From a virus: DNA of 43,643 nt. This document shows positions 24,193 through 33,799 of the stretch, piece by piece (position 1 is the stretch's first letter; every line of letters begins with the position of its first letter). The notes under the pieces are model-generated. The model was not told the DNA's origin. It was given only the letters and a program-made list of their open reading frames with translations, and did not search any database. The position numbers and the translations under genes were made by a program. The DNA lies in IMG/VR virus record IMGVR_UViG_3300045988_017927, positions 1 through 43,643 of that record. One strand, written 5' to 3'.

Positions 24193-27100
24193 ATAATGCT
24201 ACCTCCTAGCAACGCTTGTCTGCGTTCATAATCGTTTGTTGCTTTTGTCATAAAGGGTGCTAGACCGTTTGACACGCTTCTACCATCGATGATATTTCTA
24301 ACTTCGATTGGGTTAGAACCGTTGGTTACCAACTGACCAAGCAAGTCAATCATGACATCTAATTTGCTTTCAAGCATAGAGACACGCTCACGGTCTGAAG
24401 TATTATCGTGATTGCCTTGTGGGGCATCGCCGGCAAAACGTGCCACTGCTTCAGTAAGTAGTTGCCACGCTCTGCCACGTTTGGCGATATCTGTTGGAAT
24501 GATATATTCTGGCATATCGCCTTCAGCCAATTCATAAACGCCGTTTTTGTGGACTAGACCACCGTTCGCGTAGCCATAAGCTGCGACACGGTTAAAGGCT
24601 GCGTCCGATGTACCATAACGATGCTTGATGTAGTTGATTGCAGCAAGCAAGTTATCATAACCATTTCGGATATTGTTGTGACCAGCGTGTTTATATGCGT
24701 CGAACGTTGGTTGGATAGTCTGCATCAAACCAATTGAAGGTGTACCAGCTCTGGCGTTACTATCCCAGTTATTTTGAACGTTAGGGTTGCCACCAGATTC
24801 ACGCTGGATGGTTGCCAAAATCTTAGATACACGGAAGTCATTCGGCTCGATTCCATTTGCTTTCAAGGCACGAACAACCGATTCACGCCATCTTGAAACA
24901 CCCGTACCTTGAGGTCCATCTTCACCGCCACCAGCTGGGCTGAGCAATGGACCAAGGGTTTTCTTAATCCAATCAAACATGCCACCGACTTGACGTTTAA
25001 TCAAGGTTTGAAGTGGGCTGTTACGGTCTTTTAACGGTTTGCTATTGTCTTCACCGCTACTGCCACTATCTCGAACACCGAAATCAAGGAAAGTAGCAGC
25101 GTTCGAAATATGTCGTCCGGCATATTGGTGATACTGACCATTACCGCCGTAGTTGTATTCTTCACCATCGTAGGTGTCGCCATGTACGGCTGTTACAAAG
25201 TCAACGTGGTTACTTGATACCGGACCACCAGTGTAGACGGCTACCGTACCCGGTTTAGGTCTGCTTAAGTGTGGCACGCTGGCAGAAATCCATTGGTTCC
25301 CGTTACCAAGGTGACTAAACAAGCTAGGTTTAACCCCGAGATTTGCCAAACGACTGGCAACGAATGATACACACTCGCGATAGAAATAGCCCCAAGGGTC
25401 AGCACCAGCGTCTTTTGCCTTGTCTTTGAAACGGTAGTCATCACCTTTGGCACCCATAGCGACAGTACCTTCATCCATTGAGGCATTAGCCATGGACCAA
25501 AGCTCTTTCCACCAGTTTTTGGCTTCTTCGACTGGTTTCTTATACAATGCGTTACCAAGTGGGTTAAACATCCCAGCCAGTTTATCAGCATTAGGGCTGA
25601 ATTTTTTAGCCAATGATCCAACGGGGTCTTTAACCACGTCACCGACAAACTCAATCATTTTCATGAATTTATCGACACCGTTTTTCATCGTATCCCAAAC
25701 CGAACCAGCAACGTTGGTAGCAGTGTCCCAGATTTTAGACCAGAAACCAGTACCCTTTGCAAACGCTCCACGTTCAACACCCATGAGCATAGCCAATTCA
25801 CTAGCGTTAATTACTTCCGAACCGGCTGGTAAGAGGTATTCAACATTGCGACCTTGTGGCAAGAATGACTTACCATTAGGTAGAATTACCATTTCTTGGT
25901 TGTTGGTTTCAGGACTATCGTAACCATCATTGAGAGTAGCTAACGTAGGCTTAGTAATTGGGTTTCGGTATGAGCTAAACATACCAGTACCACCGGCAAA
26001 CTTAACTTTAGGAATTTTAGAGATAGCTTCTTTGCTACCACCAAAATCAGAAATCAGTTTGTTGATACCGTCGATACCAGCATTTGGGAGAGCGATGACA
26101 GCGTTGATCCCGTCTCCGGCAAGTTTCTTCATGCCGTCCCACATTTCGCCAAAGCCTTTTTTCACGTTATCCCACGTATCTTTGAAGAACTTAGCGATAT
26201 TGGTCAATGCGTCGGTAATTAGCTTGGTAATATTAACACCGAATTTTTCTTGTGTTAACGCTCCGATTTCATCCCATTTTTTAGATAGGAATTTCTTAGA
26301 GTTTTCCCAACCATCAAACCAATTCTTATTGATACCTTTGTGGTGTTTGTCGATGTCTTTACCAAGGGCGGTCATGGCTTCCGTAGCGTTACCCTTGATA
26401 CCTTCCCATGTTTTAGATGCGAACTTCTTGACATTCTCCCACTTTTCGCCCCAATCTTTCTTAAGGCTACTCATGTGTTTTGCAACGCCTTTAGCCATAT
26501 CTTTGACATGGTCCACGGTGCTATCAACAAACTTCTTAAATGGTTTGTTGTGCTTGTACATCAACTCGAAACCAGCGACTACTGGATTAGAGATTACAAG
26601 CAATTTCTTAGCAGTGTTAGTAAAGGTTTTAATCCCTTTTTCGCCACCAGTGAAGTAAGTCTTGGTCTTTTCAAAGCCTTTCTTGGTGCTCTTGGTCATT
26701 GAGTCCATCGCACCCGTCCAGGTCTTCTTCATGCCATCCCATGTCTTACCAAGCCATTTACCAGCGTTAGAAAATCCGTCTTTGATATTTTTTACAATAC
26801 CATCAACGAATTTCTTGAATTTTTTGTTGTGCTTGTAAATTAAAGCAAACGCTCCAGCGATAGGATTGGCAATAAATAAAAGGACTTGTTTCCAGTCCTT
26901 CTTGAAGAAATCAATGATTTTGCCAAAGATTTCTTTAGTAACCTTGAAGATTTTTTCAAAGGCTTTCTTGGCAGCATTAAACATGCCGTCTACAAAGGCT
27001 TTGAATTTCTTATTGTGCTTGTAGAGTAGCACTAGGGCAGTGATAGCCGTAGTTACTGCAACCACAATCAAACCAATCGGGTTGGAAGCCATAGCTAGAT

Positions 27101-29153
27101 TCAATAATTTTTGTGCCGCAGTCATTCCGACTGTAGCTGTTCGCCATGCGTGAATGCCTTTGACTACTGCCGTTATTCCAAGAGCAACCTTAGAGCCTAC
27201 GAAATAAGCAGCAAACAAAGAACCGACTGTCTTAATAGCCGTCTTGTGTTTTGCAATACCACCCAAAGCCTTAGATAGTGATGTGACTGGTCCTTTAGCC
27301 TTCTTACCATTGCCAGTCATTAAATTGAAAGCACCAGCAACACCTTTAATCATGTCGACTGCAACTTCCCAGACACCGCCAGCAAAGTCTTTACCAATGC
27401 TGAAAACCGCACCTAAACTGTCTTTGGTTTCCTTGAAGAAAGCCACGATTTTAGGGGCGTTGTTAGCAATGCTCTTACTAAGATTATCGACAAACTTATT
27501 GAGACCGTCCATTAAGCCATTAAGTTTATCTGTACCATCACCGAGATTAAAGACTTTAGAAAAGGCGTCCATGATAGTGCCTAAGCCCTTAGAAACGTGT
27601 TCCCCTAAGTCTTTAAATTTAGTTTCAGTGTTAGGATCAGCAACCCAATTCCCAATCTGTTGTAAGAATGGGTTTTTCATTTTATCGATTGGGTCACGAA
27701 ACGCTGCAACTACCGCCGGCATACGAGACTGGATAGTCCTTTCAAGACCGCCGATAGTAGTTGAGAAGTTAGCTGTCGCATCCTTGTATTTGTCTTGCAA
27801 CTCAAACAAGGCTTTTTGTGCCATTTCAGCGGTAATCTTACCGTCTTTTTGGAGTTCCGCATATTTATCTGCGGTCATGTCTGCAATCCCAAGCTCTTGT
27901 GCTGCCACTTCTTTAAGTTGGTTTTTCATTTCCGGGAAGACATTGATAATTGACATCATATCTTGCCCTTGGACTTTACCATTGGCAATCATTTGAGACC
28001 ATTGAGTAGCAAAGTTTTCCACGGCTGCATCGGTCTGACCAAACGCATCTTGCAAGGTCAAGATAGCTTGTGTTTGCTGCTTAGTCAACTCGGTGTTGTG
28101 AGTTACGGCATAGAATTTCTGGTTCATACCGTCAACCATTTCGGTTGAGTTAGCCGCTGCTTGTGCCATTTGGTTGGTCATGTCAACCATCTTCTTACCT
28201 TCTTCGGCATTGCCCGTTAAGGTTAACCAAGTGGCATTCATGGTTTGTTGATATTTAACGTATTCGGCACTGGATTGTGCGATTTCGTCAAACTTGCCCT
28301 TGATAGCTCCCAATGCGTTTTGGAAACCGTTGCTGATTAAGTTAGCTGCGAACGTAGCCCCGAAGATACCCTTTAAGCGTGAGGTTTTCGTTTCAGTCTC
28401 ACTGACTTCACTACCTAAACGTTTAAAGCTATCTTTTAAACGTCCAATGAGTGAGCTAGAACGTTGACTTTGTTCGATTTCATCGTTCAGCTTATCAGCA
28501 GCATTGCGAGTGTGTGCTAGACTTGTCGCCGTTTCATCCAAGCGTTGCTTTTGCTTGCGATATTCATCGCTTGTTCTTCCGGACTGTTTAGCGACACGCT
28601 CAAGCATTTCTTTTTGGGTCTCGTACTGCTTGTTTAAGTTAGTAATAGAACCCTTGTATTGCTTGAGTTGTTCTTGCCTAGCTTCGTCCTCTTTGCCTTC
28701 TGCTTTCAGACGCTTGATATAAGTATCTGAGGCTTCATTTTGAGCTTTGTACTCACGCTGCAATTCAGCAAGCCCAGACCTATGATAATCTAGGCTATTC
28801 TTGGCTTGCCGTTGTTGATTTTCCAACGATGCCAAGCGGGTAGTAGCTTGGTCAATCTGTTGCTGGTACTTAAGGTACTGTTCAGCGGTTTCAGCGGTAC
28901 TACCTTTAAGTTGAGACTGCTCTTGTTTCAGTTTCTCAATCTTATGCTGTTGGTTTTGGATAGCGTTACCCAAACCATCGTACTTAGCTTGTGCTGCTCC
29001 CAAATAGTCACCAGCACTACGCATTTGGCTCTCTTGTGCCTTCCATGCGTTAGTAGAACTGTTGACTAACTGAGTTAACCGCTTAATCGAATTGGCAGCC
29101 TGTAGCGTATCCAAGGCGATTTCCGTGGACATGGTAGCTTGTACTTTTGCCAT
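24189..29153 (-). CDS. Tape measure protein with embedded CHAP-like and SLT lytic transglycosylase domains
   Basis: 1654 aa with an N-terminal coiled coil and a TM-like central segment. Three repeats of NP..G...L.YKHNK.FK.FVD. CHAP-like YRECVSFVASR...NHVDFVTAVHG. SLT TIQRESGGNPN...IGLMQ. Confidence 0.9.
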   Translation of the reverse strand: MAKVQATMSTEIALDTLQAANSIKRLTQLVNSSTNAWKAQESQMRSAGDYLGAAQAKYDGLGNAIQNQQHKIEKLKQEQSQLKGSTAETAEQYLKYQQQIDQATTRLASLENQQRQAKNSLDYHRSGLAELQREYKAQNEASDTYIKRLKAEGKEDEARQEQLKQYKGSITNLNKQYETQKEMLERVAKQSGRTSDEYRKQKQRLDETATSLAHTRNAADKLNDEIEQSQRSSSLIGRLKDSFKRLGSEVSETETKTSRLKGIFGATFAANLISNGFQNALGAIKGKFDEIAQSSAEYVKYQQTMNATWLTLTGNAEEGKKMVDMTNQMAQAAANSTEMVDGMNQKFYAVTHNTELTKQQTQAILTLQDAFGQTDAAVENFATQWSQMIANGKVQGQDMMSIINVFPEMKNQLKEVAAQELGIADMTADKYAELQKDGKITAEMAQKALFELQDKYKDATANFSTTIGGLERTIQSRMPAVVAAFRDPIDKMKNPFLQQIGNWVADPNTETKFKDLGEHVSKGLGTIMDAFSKVFNLGDGTDKLNGLMDGLNKFVDNLSKSIANNAPKIVAFFKETKDSLGAVFSIGKDFAGGVWEVAVDMIKGVAGAFNLMTGNGKKAKGPVTSLSKALGGIAKHKTAIKTVGSLFAAYFVGSKVALGITAVVKGIHAWRTATVGMTAAQKLLNLAMASNPIGLIVVAVTTAITALVLLYKHNKKFKAFVDGMFNAAKKAFEKIFKVTKEIFGKIIDFFKKDWKQVLLFIANPIAGAFALIYKHNKKFKKFVDGIVKNIKDGFSNAGKWLGKTWDGMKKTWTGAMDSMTKSTKKGFEKTKTYFTGGEKGIKTFTNTAKKLLVISNPVVAGFELMYKHNKPFKKFVDSTVDHVKDMAKGVAKHMSSLKKDWGEKWENVKKFASKTWEGIKGNATEAMTALGKDIDKHHKGINKNWFDGWENSKKFLSKKWDEIGALTQEKFGVNITKLITDALTNIAKFFKDTWDNVKKGFGEMWDGMKKLAGDGINAVIALPNAGIDGINKLISDFGGSKEAISKIPKVKFAGGTGMFSSYRNPITKPTLATLNDGYDSPETNNQEMVILPNGKSFLPQGRNVEYLLPAGSEVINASELAMLMGVERGAFAKGTGFWSKIWDTATNVAGSVWDTMKNGVDKFMKMIEFVGDVVKDPVGSLAKKFSPNADKLAGMFNPLGNALYKKPVEEAKNWWKELWSMANASMDEGTVAMGAKGDDYRFKDKAKDAGADPWGYFYRECVSFVASRLANLGVKPSLFSHLGNGNQWISASVPHLSRPKPGTVAVYTGGPVSSNHVDFVTAVHGDTYDGEEYNYGGNGQYHQYAGRHISNAATFLDFGVRDSGSSGEDNSKPLKDRNSPLQTLIKRQVGGMFDWIKKTLGPLLSPAGGGEDGPQGTGVSRWRESVVRALKANGIEPNDFRVSKILATIQRESGGNPNVQNNWDSNARAGTPSIGLMQTIQPTFDAYKHAGHNNIRNGYDNLLAAINYIKHRYGTSDAAFNRVAAYGYANGGLVHKNGVYELAEGDMPEYIIPTDIAKRGRAWQLLTEAVARFAGDAPQGNHDNTSDRERVSMLESKLDVMIDLLGQLVTNGSNPIEVRNIIDGRSVSNGLAPFMTKATNDYERRQALLGGSII

Positions 29154-29182
29154 GTAATATTTTTCCTCCTTTCCTTAAATAT

Positions 29183-29727
29183 TTAGAGTAAAGATGTTGG
29201 GTCAACCATTCTATCTTCTTCCTCTTTAGCATTCAAAATTTTCATTAGCTCATAATAGTCAGTGTCGTAATACTGATCTAGTGTCCACCCAAAACCTTGG
29301 ATTGATTTTTTAGCAATGATTTTTAAATCTTCAATGCGATTTTCTAAATCAAAAATCTGTTCGCCTTTAGACTTTAGTCTTTTGGGTCAGTTTCACCAGC
29401 GGCGTTTTCAAGTTGTTCGTCTGTCAATCCGTACATATAGCCCACCAATTTTTCGGCAATCTCTTGTGTACGGACATTATCCAAATCAAGCAATTTGTCA
29501 TAGGCTTCATCATCCAAATTGAGGACAGCACGGATAAAACCAAGCATTTCTTTGAGAATTGTGAAGCTTGCTTGTGCTTGCTCTTGTGTGTCGCTTTCTT
29601 CGACGGTGTCGCTGATTTTAAGCACGGCAAGTTGATACTCATGCATACGCAAGACGTTACGGTTGCTTGTAGTCACCTTGAAGGCTTTCTTACTGATTTC
29701 TGGGATTTGAATAGTTCTGATTTCCAT
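29183..29727 (-). CDS. Tail assembly chaperone -1 frameshift product (G-T analogue, 181 aa)
   Basis: The -1 frame is open from the slippery heptamer to a TAA at 29183-29185, just upstream of the TMP RBS. Total length is consistent (545+1 nt = 182 codons). Confidence 0.55.
29374..29727 (-). CDS. Tail assembly chaperone (G analogue)
   Basis: 117-aa acidic protein between the major tail protein and TMP. Ends just after a CCCAAAA slippery site. Confidence 0.65.
   Translation of the reverse strand: MEIRTIQIPEISKKAFKVTTSNRNVLRMHEYQLAVLKISDTVEESDTQEQAQASFTILKEMLGFIRAVLNLDDEAYDKLLDLDNVRTQEIAEKLVGYMYGLTDEQLENAAGETDPKD
29380..29386 (-). promoter_or_regulatory. Slippery heptanucleotide C CCA AAA (X XXY YYZ) for programmed -1 frameshift
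   Basis: Minus strand reads gaC CCA AAA gac taa in the zero frame. Confidence 0.55.
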
Positions 29728-29796
29728 TTATCTTTACTCCTTTAACACAAAAATAGAGGTCAGGCCATGAGCCCGACCTCTTGCGAATTATTTAGA

Positions 29797-30414
29797 TTAT
29801 CCACCGATTCCTGGTGTACCAGTGAGAACATATCCACCGAAAACTTCTTTGAACATGTTAGCTTTATCGAAAGTAGATGCTCCAGAATAATATTTCTTGT
29901 AAGGTTCACCACCGAATGCGTCCGCTGACAAAGCATTGAATGTCATGTTATCGTCTTGGCGAGTTTGGGCAGTATCTGTATCGGTTGCAACGTTTTGAGT
30001 TGATTCTTGCATGATTCCGTTAGCGAAACCAAAGAATACTGAGTGTTTGCGGTCAAGTGTTTCAGATTCAATCAACACCGCTGTGTGTGGTTTCTCACCG
30101 TCCATTACGTAACCACCCTTGCCGTCTGGTTTAAAACCAAGCATTTTTTGTTTGATTTCGAAGTCAAGGTTATTGAAGTCGAATGCTACTGTTGGTGAAC
30201 CCGGTGCGATCATTACATCTTGTACTGAGTTATTCCCGGGAACTTTAGTCGCTTGACCTTCCAAGTTGGAAATGTTAGCGGTACGAGTACCGAGCATCTT
30301 AGAATCAACTTCAATCACGCCATCAGTAGAAAGGCCGTCAGCACCTTTAAGTAGTTTTTGGGTTTTAGGGTCAACCAAAGCAAGGCGAACCATTTTCAAA
30401 CCTACAATTGCCAT
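29797..30414 (-). CDS. Major tail protein
   Basis: 205 aa, in the position upstream of the chaperone. Strong RBS and a high-expression context. Confidence 0.65.
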   Translation of the reverse strand: MAIVGLKMVRLALVDPKTQKLLKGADGLSTDGVIEVDSKMLGTRTANISNLEGQATKVPGNNSVQDVMIAPGSPTVAFDFNNLDFEIKQKMLGFKPDGKGGYVMDGEKPHTAVLIESETLDRKHSVFFGFANGIMQESTQNVATDTDTAQTRQDDNMTFNALSADAFGGEPYKKYYSGASTFDKANMFKEVFGGYVLTGTPGIGG

Positions 30415-30432
30415 ATAGTAATTTCTCCTTTG

Positions 30433-30804
30433 TTAAATTAATTTATCGAGAGCAACAAAAAAGACCGCCGTAATCTGCAACGTATCGGGGTCTATGCTAT
30501 GTTCTCTCATGTCTGTAATTGAGTAGTGTTCAGATTTCAGAAACTTCAATAGTTTCATTTCAAAGGCTTCAATATCAAAATCGATATCAGCCTTGTAGAA
30601 AATCTGGACCTCTACTCTATCTGTTTTTCCGAAAAAGGTATTGTTTCCGCTTAAGTCAAGGGATGGATTGCTTTCAGTGAGTAACACGATTGTCTTATCG
30701 GTATTTTCTTCGAGCTCTTTAGGCAAGTTGTTTGCAAACACTTCGCTTATTTCACCAAATTCTTTGCCGTCAATGAGCTCTTTTAGTTTTACGGTTGCTA
30801 ACAC
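30433..30804 (-). CDS. Tail completion/terminator-like protein
   Basis: Call is based on synteny (between the gp10-like and major tail genes), 123 aa. Confidence 0.4.
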   Translation of the reverse strand: MLATVKLKELIDGKEFGEISEVFANNLPKELEENTDKTIVLLTESNPSLDLSGNNTFFGKTDRVEVQIFYKADIDFDIEAFEMKLLKFLKSEHYSITDMREHSIDPDTLQITAVFFVALDKLI

Positions 30805-30808
30805 TTAA

Positions 30809-31240
30809 TCACTTTCCTCCTTTCTTGCGAATGAGTTTTTCATACTCCTCTTTTTCTGCCAATAGCACTTTCTTTTGAACGTTGCTATCGTTTTGGACAT
30901 TGGTAACGAAATGATCAGCACGGTATTTTTTAGTGCCGTCATTCAACCTTCTAGCATTTTGAGCGTGGTAATTATTTTTCCAGCCTACGGTTGCCACACC
31001 GTTCTTTCTGCCGTCCGCATTAGTGGATTGGACAGATAAACCGTCAGCCATGTGTCCATACTTCAAATCTTTTTTATTTGAGTAGTGTTTCTCCCTAGTA
31101 ACTTCTTCCAGTTCCTTTTGAAACACTTTCGCACCAGCGGTAGTAATTTTAGCTTGTTCCGCTGGTGTGATATCGCCAATACTGGCTACCGTTTCAAGCC
31201 AGCCCTCTAGTGCTTCATCAAGCCCTACCATAGCCATCAC
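30809..31240 (-). CDS. HK97 gp10-like head-tail joining protein
   Basis: Synteny and size. The N-terminal pattern GLDEALEGWLETV..AGAKVFQKELEE resembles the gp10 family. Confidence 0.5.
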   Translation of the reverse strand: MMAMVGLDEALEGWLETVASIGDITPAEQAKITTAGAKVFQKELEEVTREKHYSNKKDLKYGHMADGLSVQSTNADGRKNGVATVGWKNNYHAQNARRLNDGTKKYRADHFVTNVQNDSNVQKKVLLAEKEEYEKLIRKKGGK

Positions 31241-31587
31241 CCAACTTTCTTATGCTTTCTCAAGGTTAGAAAGTCGTAGCGGTTAAGCCCAAAATTTTCG
31301 TTAGGACTCACACGCACAATATCATACTGAGTGCCATTGAGAACAGCGACTTGACCTTCAATCACTTTGGCATTATGGCGAATAACAATCACTCGTGTAT
31401 CGCTTTCGCCATTCTGTTGGGCTAAATACTCTTGGTTGAGTGTGCGAGTATGAGGCTTATAGTGCAATGTAAACTGTTTGACGAATTTTGGCACGCTCAC
31501 GCCCGTAAATTTGTTAGGTGTGCTTTGGTATGTGCCAAAATCAGCCTTGAAACGAAAGTCTGAGGGTAAATATCTAACTTTAGGCAT
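31237..31587 (-). CDS. Head closure / head-tail adaptor protein
   Basis: 116 aa. RVIVIRHNAKV..GTQYDIVRV resembles the Phage_H_T_join family. Confidence 0.55.
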   Translation of the reverse strand: MPKVRYLPSDFRFKADFGTYQSTPNKFTGVSVPKFVKQFTLHYKPHTRTLNQEYLAQQNGESDTRVIVIRHNAKVIEGQVAVLNGTQYDIVRVSPNENFGLNRYDFLTLRKHKKVG

Positions 31588-31901
31588 TAGTCACCTCTTT
31601 CTTCACTATACGTTGCGTATAAGCCCCTTAATTGCCCGATTATGCTATTTAAAGTTAGGTTAATCGGATAAGTCACTGTATCAGTTAAAGCGACTCTATA
31701 AGTGAAATATGAGCTTGTGAGAGCTATTACAGCAGTGTCAAATAGAGATTCTACACTTTCAAGGTCGTAGAATTTCTGATCACTACCGACTGCATTGACA
31801 ATGTACTGTTGAGCCGATTCGATGTAAGCTGGAATGAGTGCAGTGTCGTCTGTCTCATCCAGATTGAGGGTCTGCATGATAGTTTCTTTAGATACACTCA
31901 T
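31587..31901 (-). CDS. gp6-like head-tail connector protein
   Basis: 104 aa. LNLDETDDTALIPAYIESAQQYI is typical of the gp6-like connector. Confidence 0.6.
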   Translation of the reverse strand: MSVSKETIMQTLNLDETDDTALIPAYIESAQQYIVNAVGSDQKFYDLESVESLFDTAVIALTSSYFTYRVALTDTVTYPINLTLNSIIGQLRGLYATYSEERGD

Positions 31902-31916
31902 TGCTTACCTCCTAAA

Positions 31917-33110
31917 TTAAGCTCCGGCAGTAAGATTAGCTTTTTGGTCAGCGATTGCTTTGAATGACGCTGGCACAAACGCTTCTTCATCCGTTTTAAC
32001 AACATCGAAACGGTCAATAACACGTACTTTAGTAGTGTCAGTTTCGAAAGCACCACCACCGATGTTTGTAGAGAGCAATGACAAGTGTTGACGGTCAAAC
32101 AATGTTACCGCTTGTTTCAAGTCACCGAAGTACAATGGCATAGCTCCAGTAGTAGCATTAGCAAGCCAGCGGTCAGAAACTTCTTTAACTGCGAAACCAT
32201 CGATTGAGTATCCAGTTGGTGATTTTACGTCACGTTCCATGAGGTAATCACCCATAGCGTTCTTAACTTTCTTAAGGGCAGTGAAGCCAGAAGTGTTCGT
32301 CAAGAAGAATGAAGTTTGTTTGATAGCTGGGTCAACTTTAGCTTCGAGGTCGATGATGTCATCCCATTTAGCCAATGTTGGTTTGGTTGGAAGTGTAGCA
32401 ATAACTTCCAAGATAGCTTTATTGCGAGTAACAACAACTTTTTTCGCAATCCAACCAGACAACCATGCAAGGATATTTTCGGCAGAATCAGCAAGCAAGC
32501 TGTTAGTTACTGTTGAGATACCAGCGTAGCGTTTGATAGCGTAGCGGATAAGAGAAAGTTTTGGATCGTCATTAGCACCGATTTGACCAGCTTCATCATC
32601 AAGTTTAGAAAGGCCAGTAATTTCAGCCCATTTTTCGTAAACGCGAGAACCAGTAAGAGTAGTTACGTTTTCAACGTTTACATACTCTTGCAATGAATCG
32701 TATTGACGAACCAATGTATTGATAGCTGTACGAATATCTTGTGGGATAGTCAAGCCAGCGTCAGCACCAGTCCCGTCTGTTTTAGAGTCAAGCAAGTTTT
32801 GGTAACGACCACGGACAAGGTTTTTAAAGTCTTTAACAAAGTTAGCTTTAACTTCTTCTTCGTTTTCAGTCAATGGTTGTTTTTCTTCTTCAGTCATGTT
32901 AGCTACTTCACTAGCACGAGCTTCTGTGTACTGTTCTTTGAACATGTCACGTTTCATTTTTGCAGTGTCACGTTCGTTTTTGATTGCTTGCAATTCTTCA
33001 GCGGTTACTGAATCATCAAGCATAGCTACGTTAAGTTTTTCATTAAGATTTTCGACCTTGTCGCCTTGTGCAACCCAAAGGTCATGCAATTCGTTTGATG
33101 TTTTCATCAA
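31917..33110 (-). CDS. Major capsid protein, HK97 family
   Basis: 397 aa. N-terminal coiled-coil delta-like region, then the capsid fold. Follows the ClpP-type protease. Confidence 0.85.
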   Translation of the reverse strand: MMKTSNELHDLWVAQGDKVENLNEKLNVAMLDDSVTAEELQAIKNERDTAKMKRDMFKEQYTEARASEVANMTEEEKQPLTENEEEVKANFVKDFKNLVRGRYQNLLDSKTDGTGADAGLTIPQDIRTAINTLVRQYDSLQEYVNVENVTTLTGSRVYEKWAEITGLSKLDDEAGQIGANDDPKLSLIRYAIKRYAGISTVTNSLLADSAENILAWLSGWIAKKVVVTRNKAILEVIATLPTKPTLAKWDDIIDLEAKVDPAIKQTSFFLTNTSGFTALKKVKNAMGDYLMERDVKSPTGYSIDGFAVKEVSDRWLANATTGAMPLYFGDLKQAVTLFDRQHLSLLSTNIGGGAFETDTTKVRVIDRFDVVKTDEEAFVPASFKAIADQKANLTAGA

Positions 33111-33121
33111 TCATCTTCCTT

Positions 33122-33799
33122 TCATTTTTCAAGTAAAATAGCCAATTTCTGCTCACGCAATGTATTGGTTTTAGGTGTAGCAATCATATTTTTAAATTTA
33201 GTGATTGCTGATTTGCTTGGTAGTTGATGCACTGCATTCGTAACCATGATTTCTTCTTCATCGTTATCGAAGAACATAATTTCGTCCGCAAAGCCTTTAT
33301 CAACGGCAGTTTTAGCATTAAGCCATGTCTCTTTAGCCATGAGATCAAGTAATTCTGGTTGTTTAAGACCAGTCTTCATTTCGTAGGCCAAAGCGATAGA
33401 CTCATCAATGCTATTAAGCACCGCTGATTGGTGCTCTAGGTCATCACTGTTTCCAATTATGCCAGTAGATGCCTTGTGAATCATAATATGTGCCGTTGGA
33501 CTAATACGCACGGTATCGCCTGCCATAGAAATGACACTCGCAGCACTAGCCGCAAGCCCTTGCACGTTAACCACAATACGTTTGCCACTAGCCTTAAGCA
33601 TTGTATAGATTTCGCTGGCTGCAAACACATCACCACCATTTGAAGCAATATTAAGCGTGATTTCTTCATCTTCATCGTTAGCAATGGCATCCTGTACCAG
33701 TTTGGGATAGGTACTAGACATGCCAAAGTATTCGTAAAAAGCACCGGCATCATCGCTTACAATATCGCCTTTAATGTCAATCTTGCCCATTTGTCTCAC
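33122..33799 (-). CDS. ClpP-family (S14) prohead protease
   Basis: INSNGGDVFAASEIY, GLAASAASVISMAGD and MIHKAS motifs. Confidence 0.85.
   Translation of the reverse strand: MRQMGKIDIKGDIVSDDAGAFYEYFGMSSTYPKLVQDAIANDEDEEITLNIASNGGDVFAASEIYTMLKASGKRIVVNVQGLAASAASVISMAGDTVRISPTAHIMIHKASTGIIGNSDDLEHQSAVLNSIDESIALAYEMKTGLKQPELLDLMAKETWLNAKTAVDKGFADEIMFFDNDEEEIMVTNAVHQLPSKSAITKFKNMIATPKTNTLREQKLAILLEK

Noticed and set aside
25447-27996. Large plus-strand ORFs (25447..25923, 25930..26658, 27244..27996, plus several smaller ones) inside the tape measure gene
   Set aside because: They are antisense to a 1654-aa ORF with clear TMP features. They have low-complexity Ser/Leu/Pro-rich translations and no RBS, as expected for shadow ORFs of a long AT-skewed gene.
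31898-33141. Alternative-frame and antisense ORFs over the major capsid gene (31898..32098, 32281..32529, 32703..33011, 32896..33141 and others)
   Set aside because: All are embedded in the 397-aa HK97-type capsid ORF. Their translations are low-complexity.
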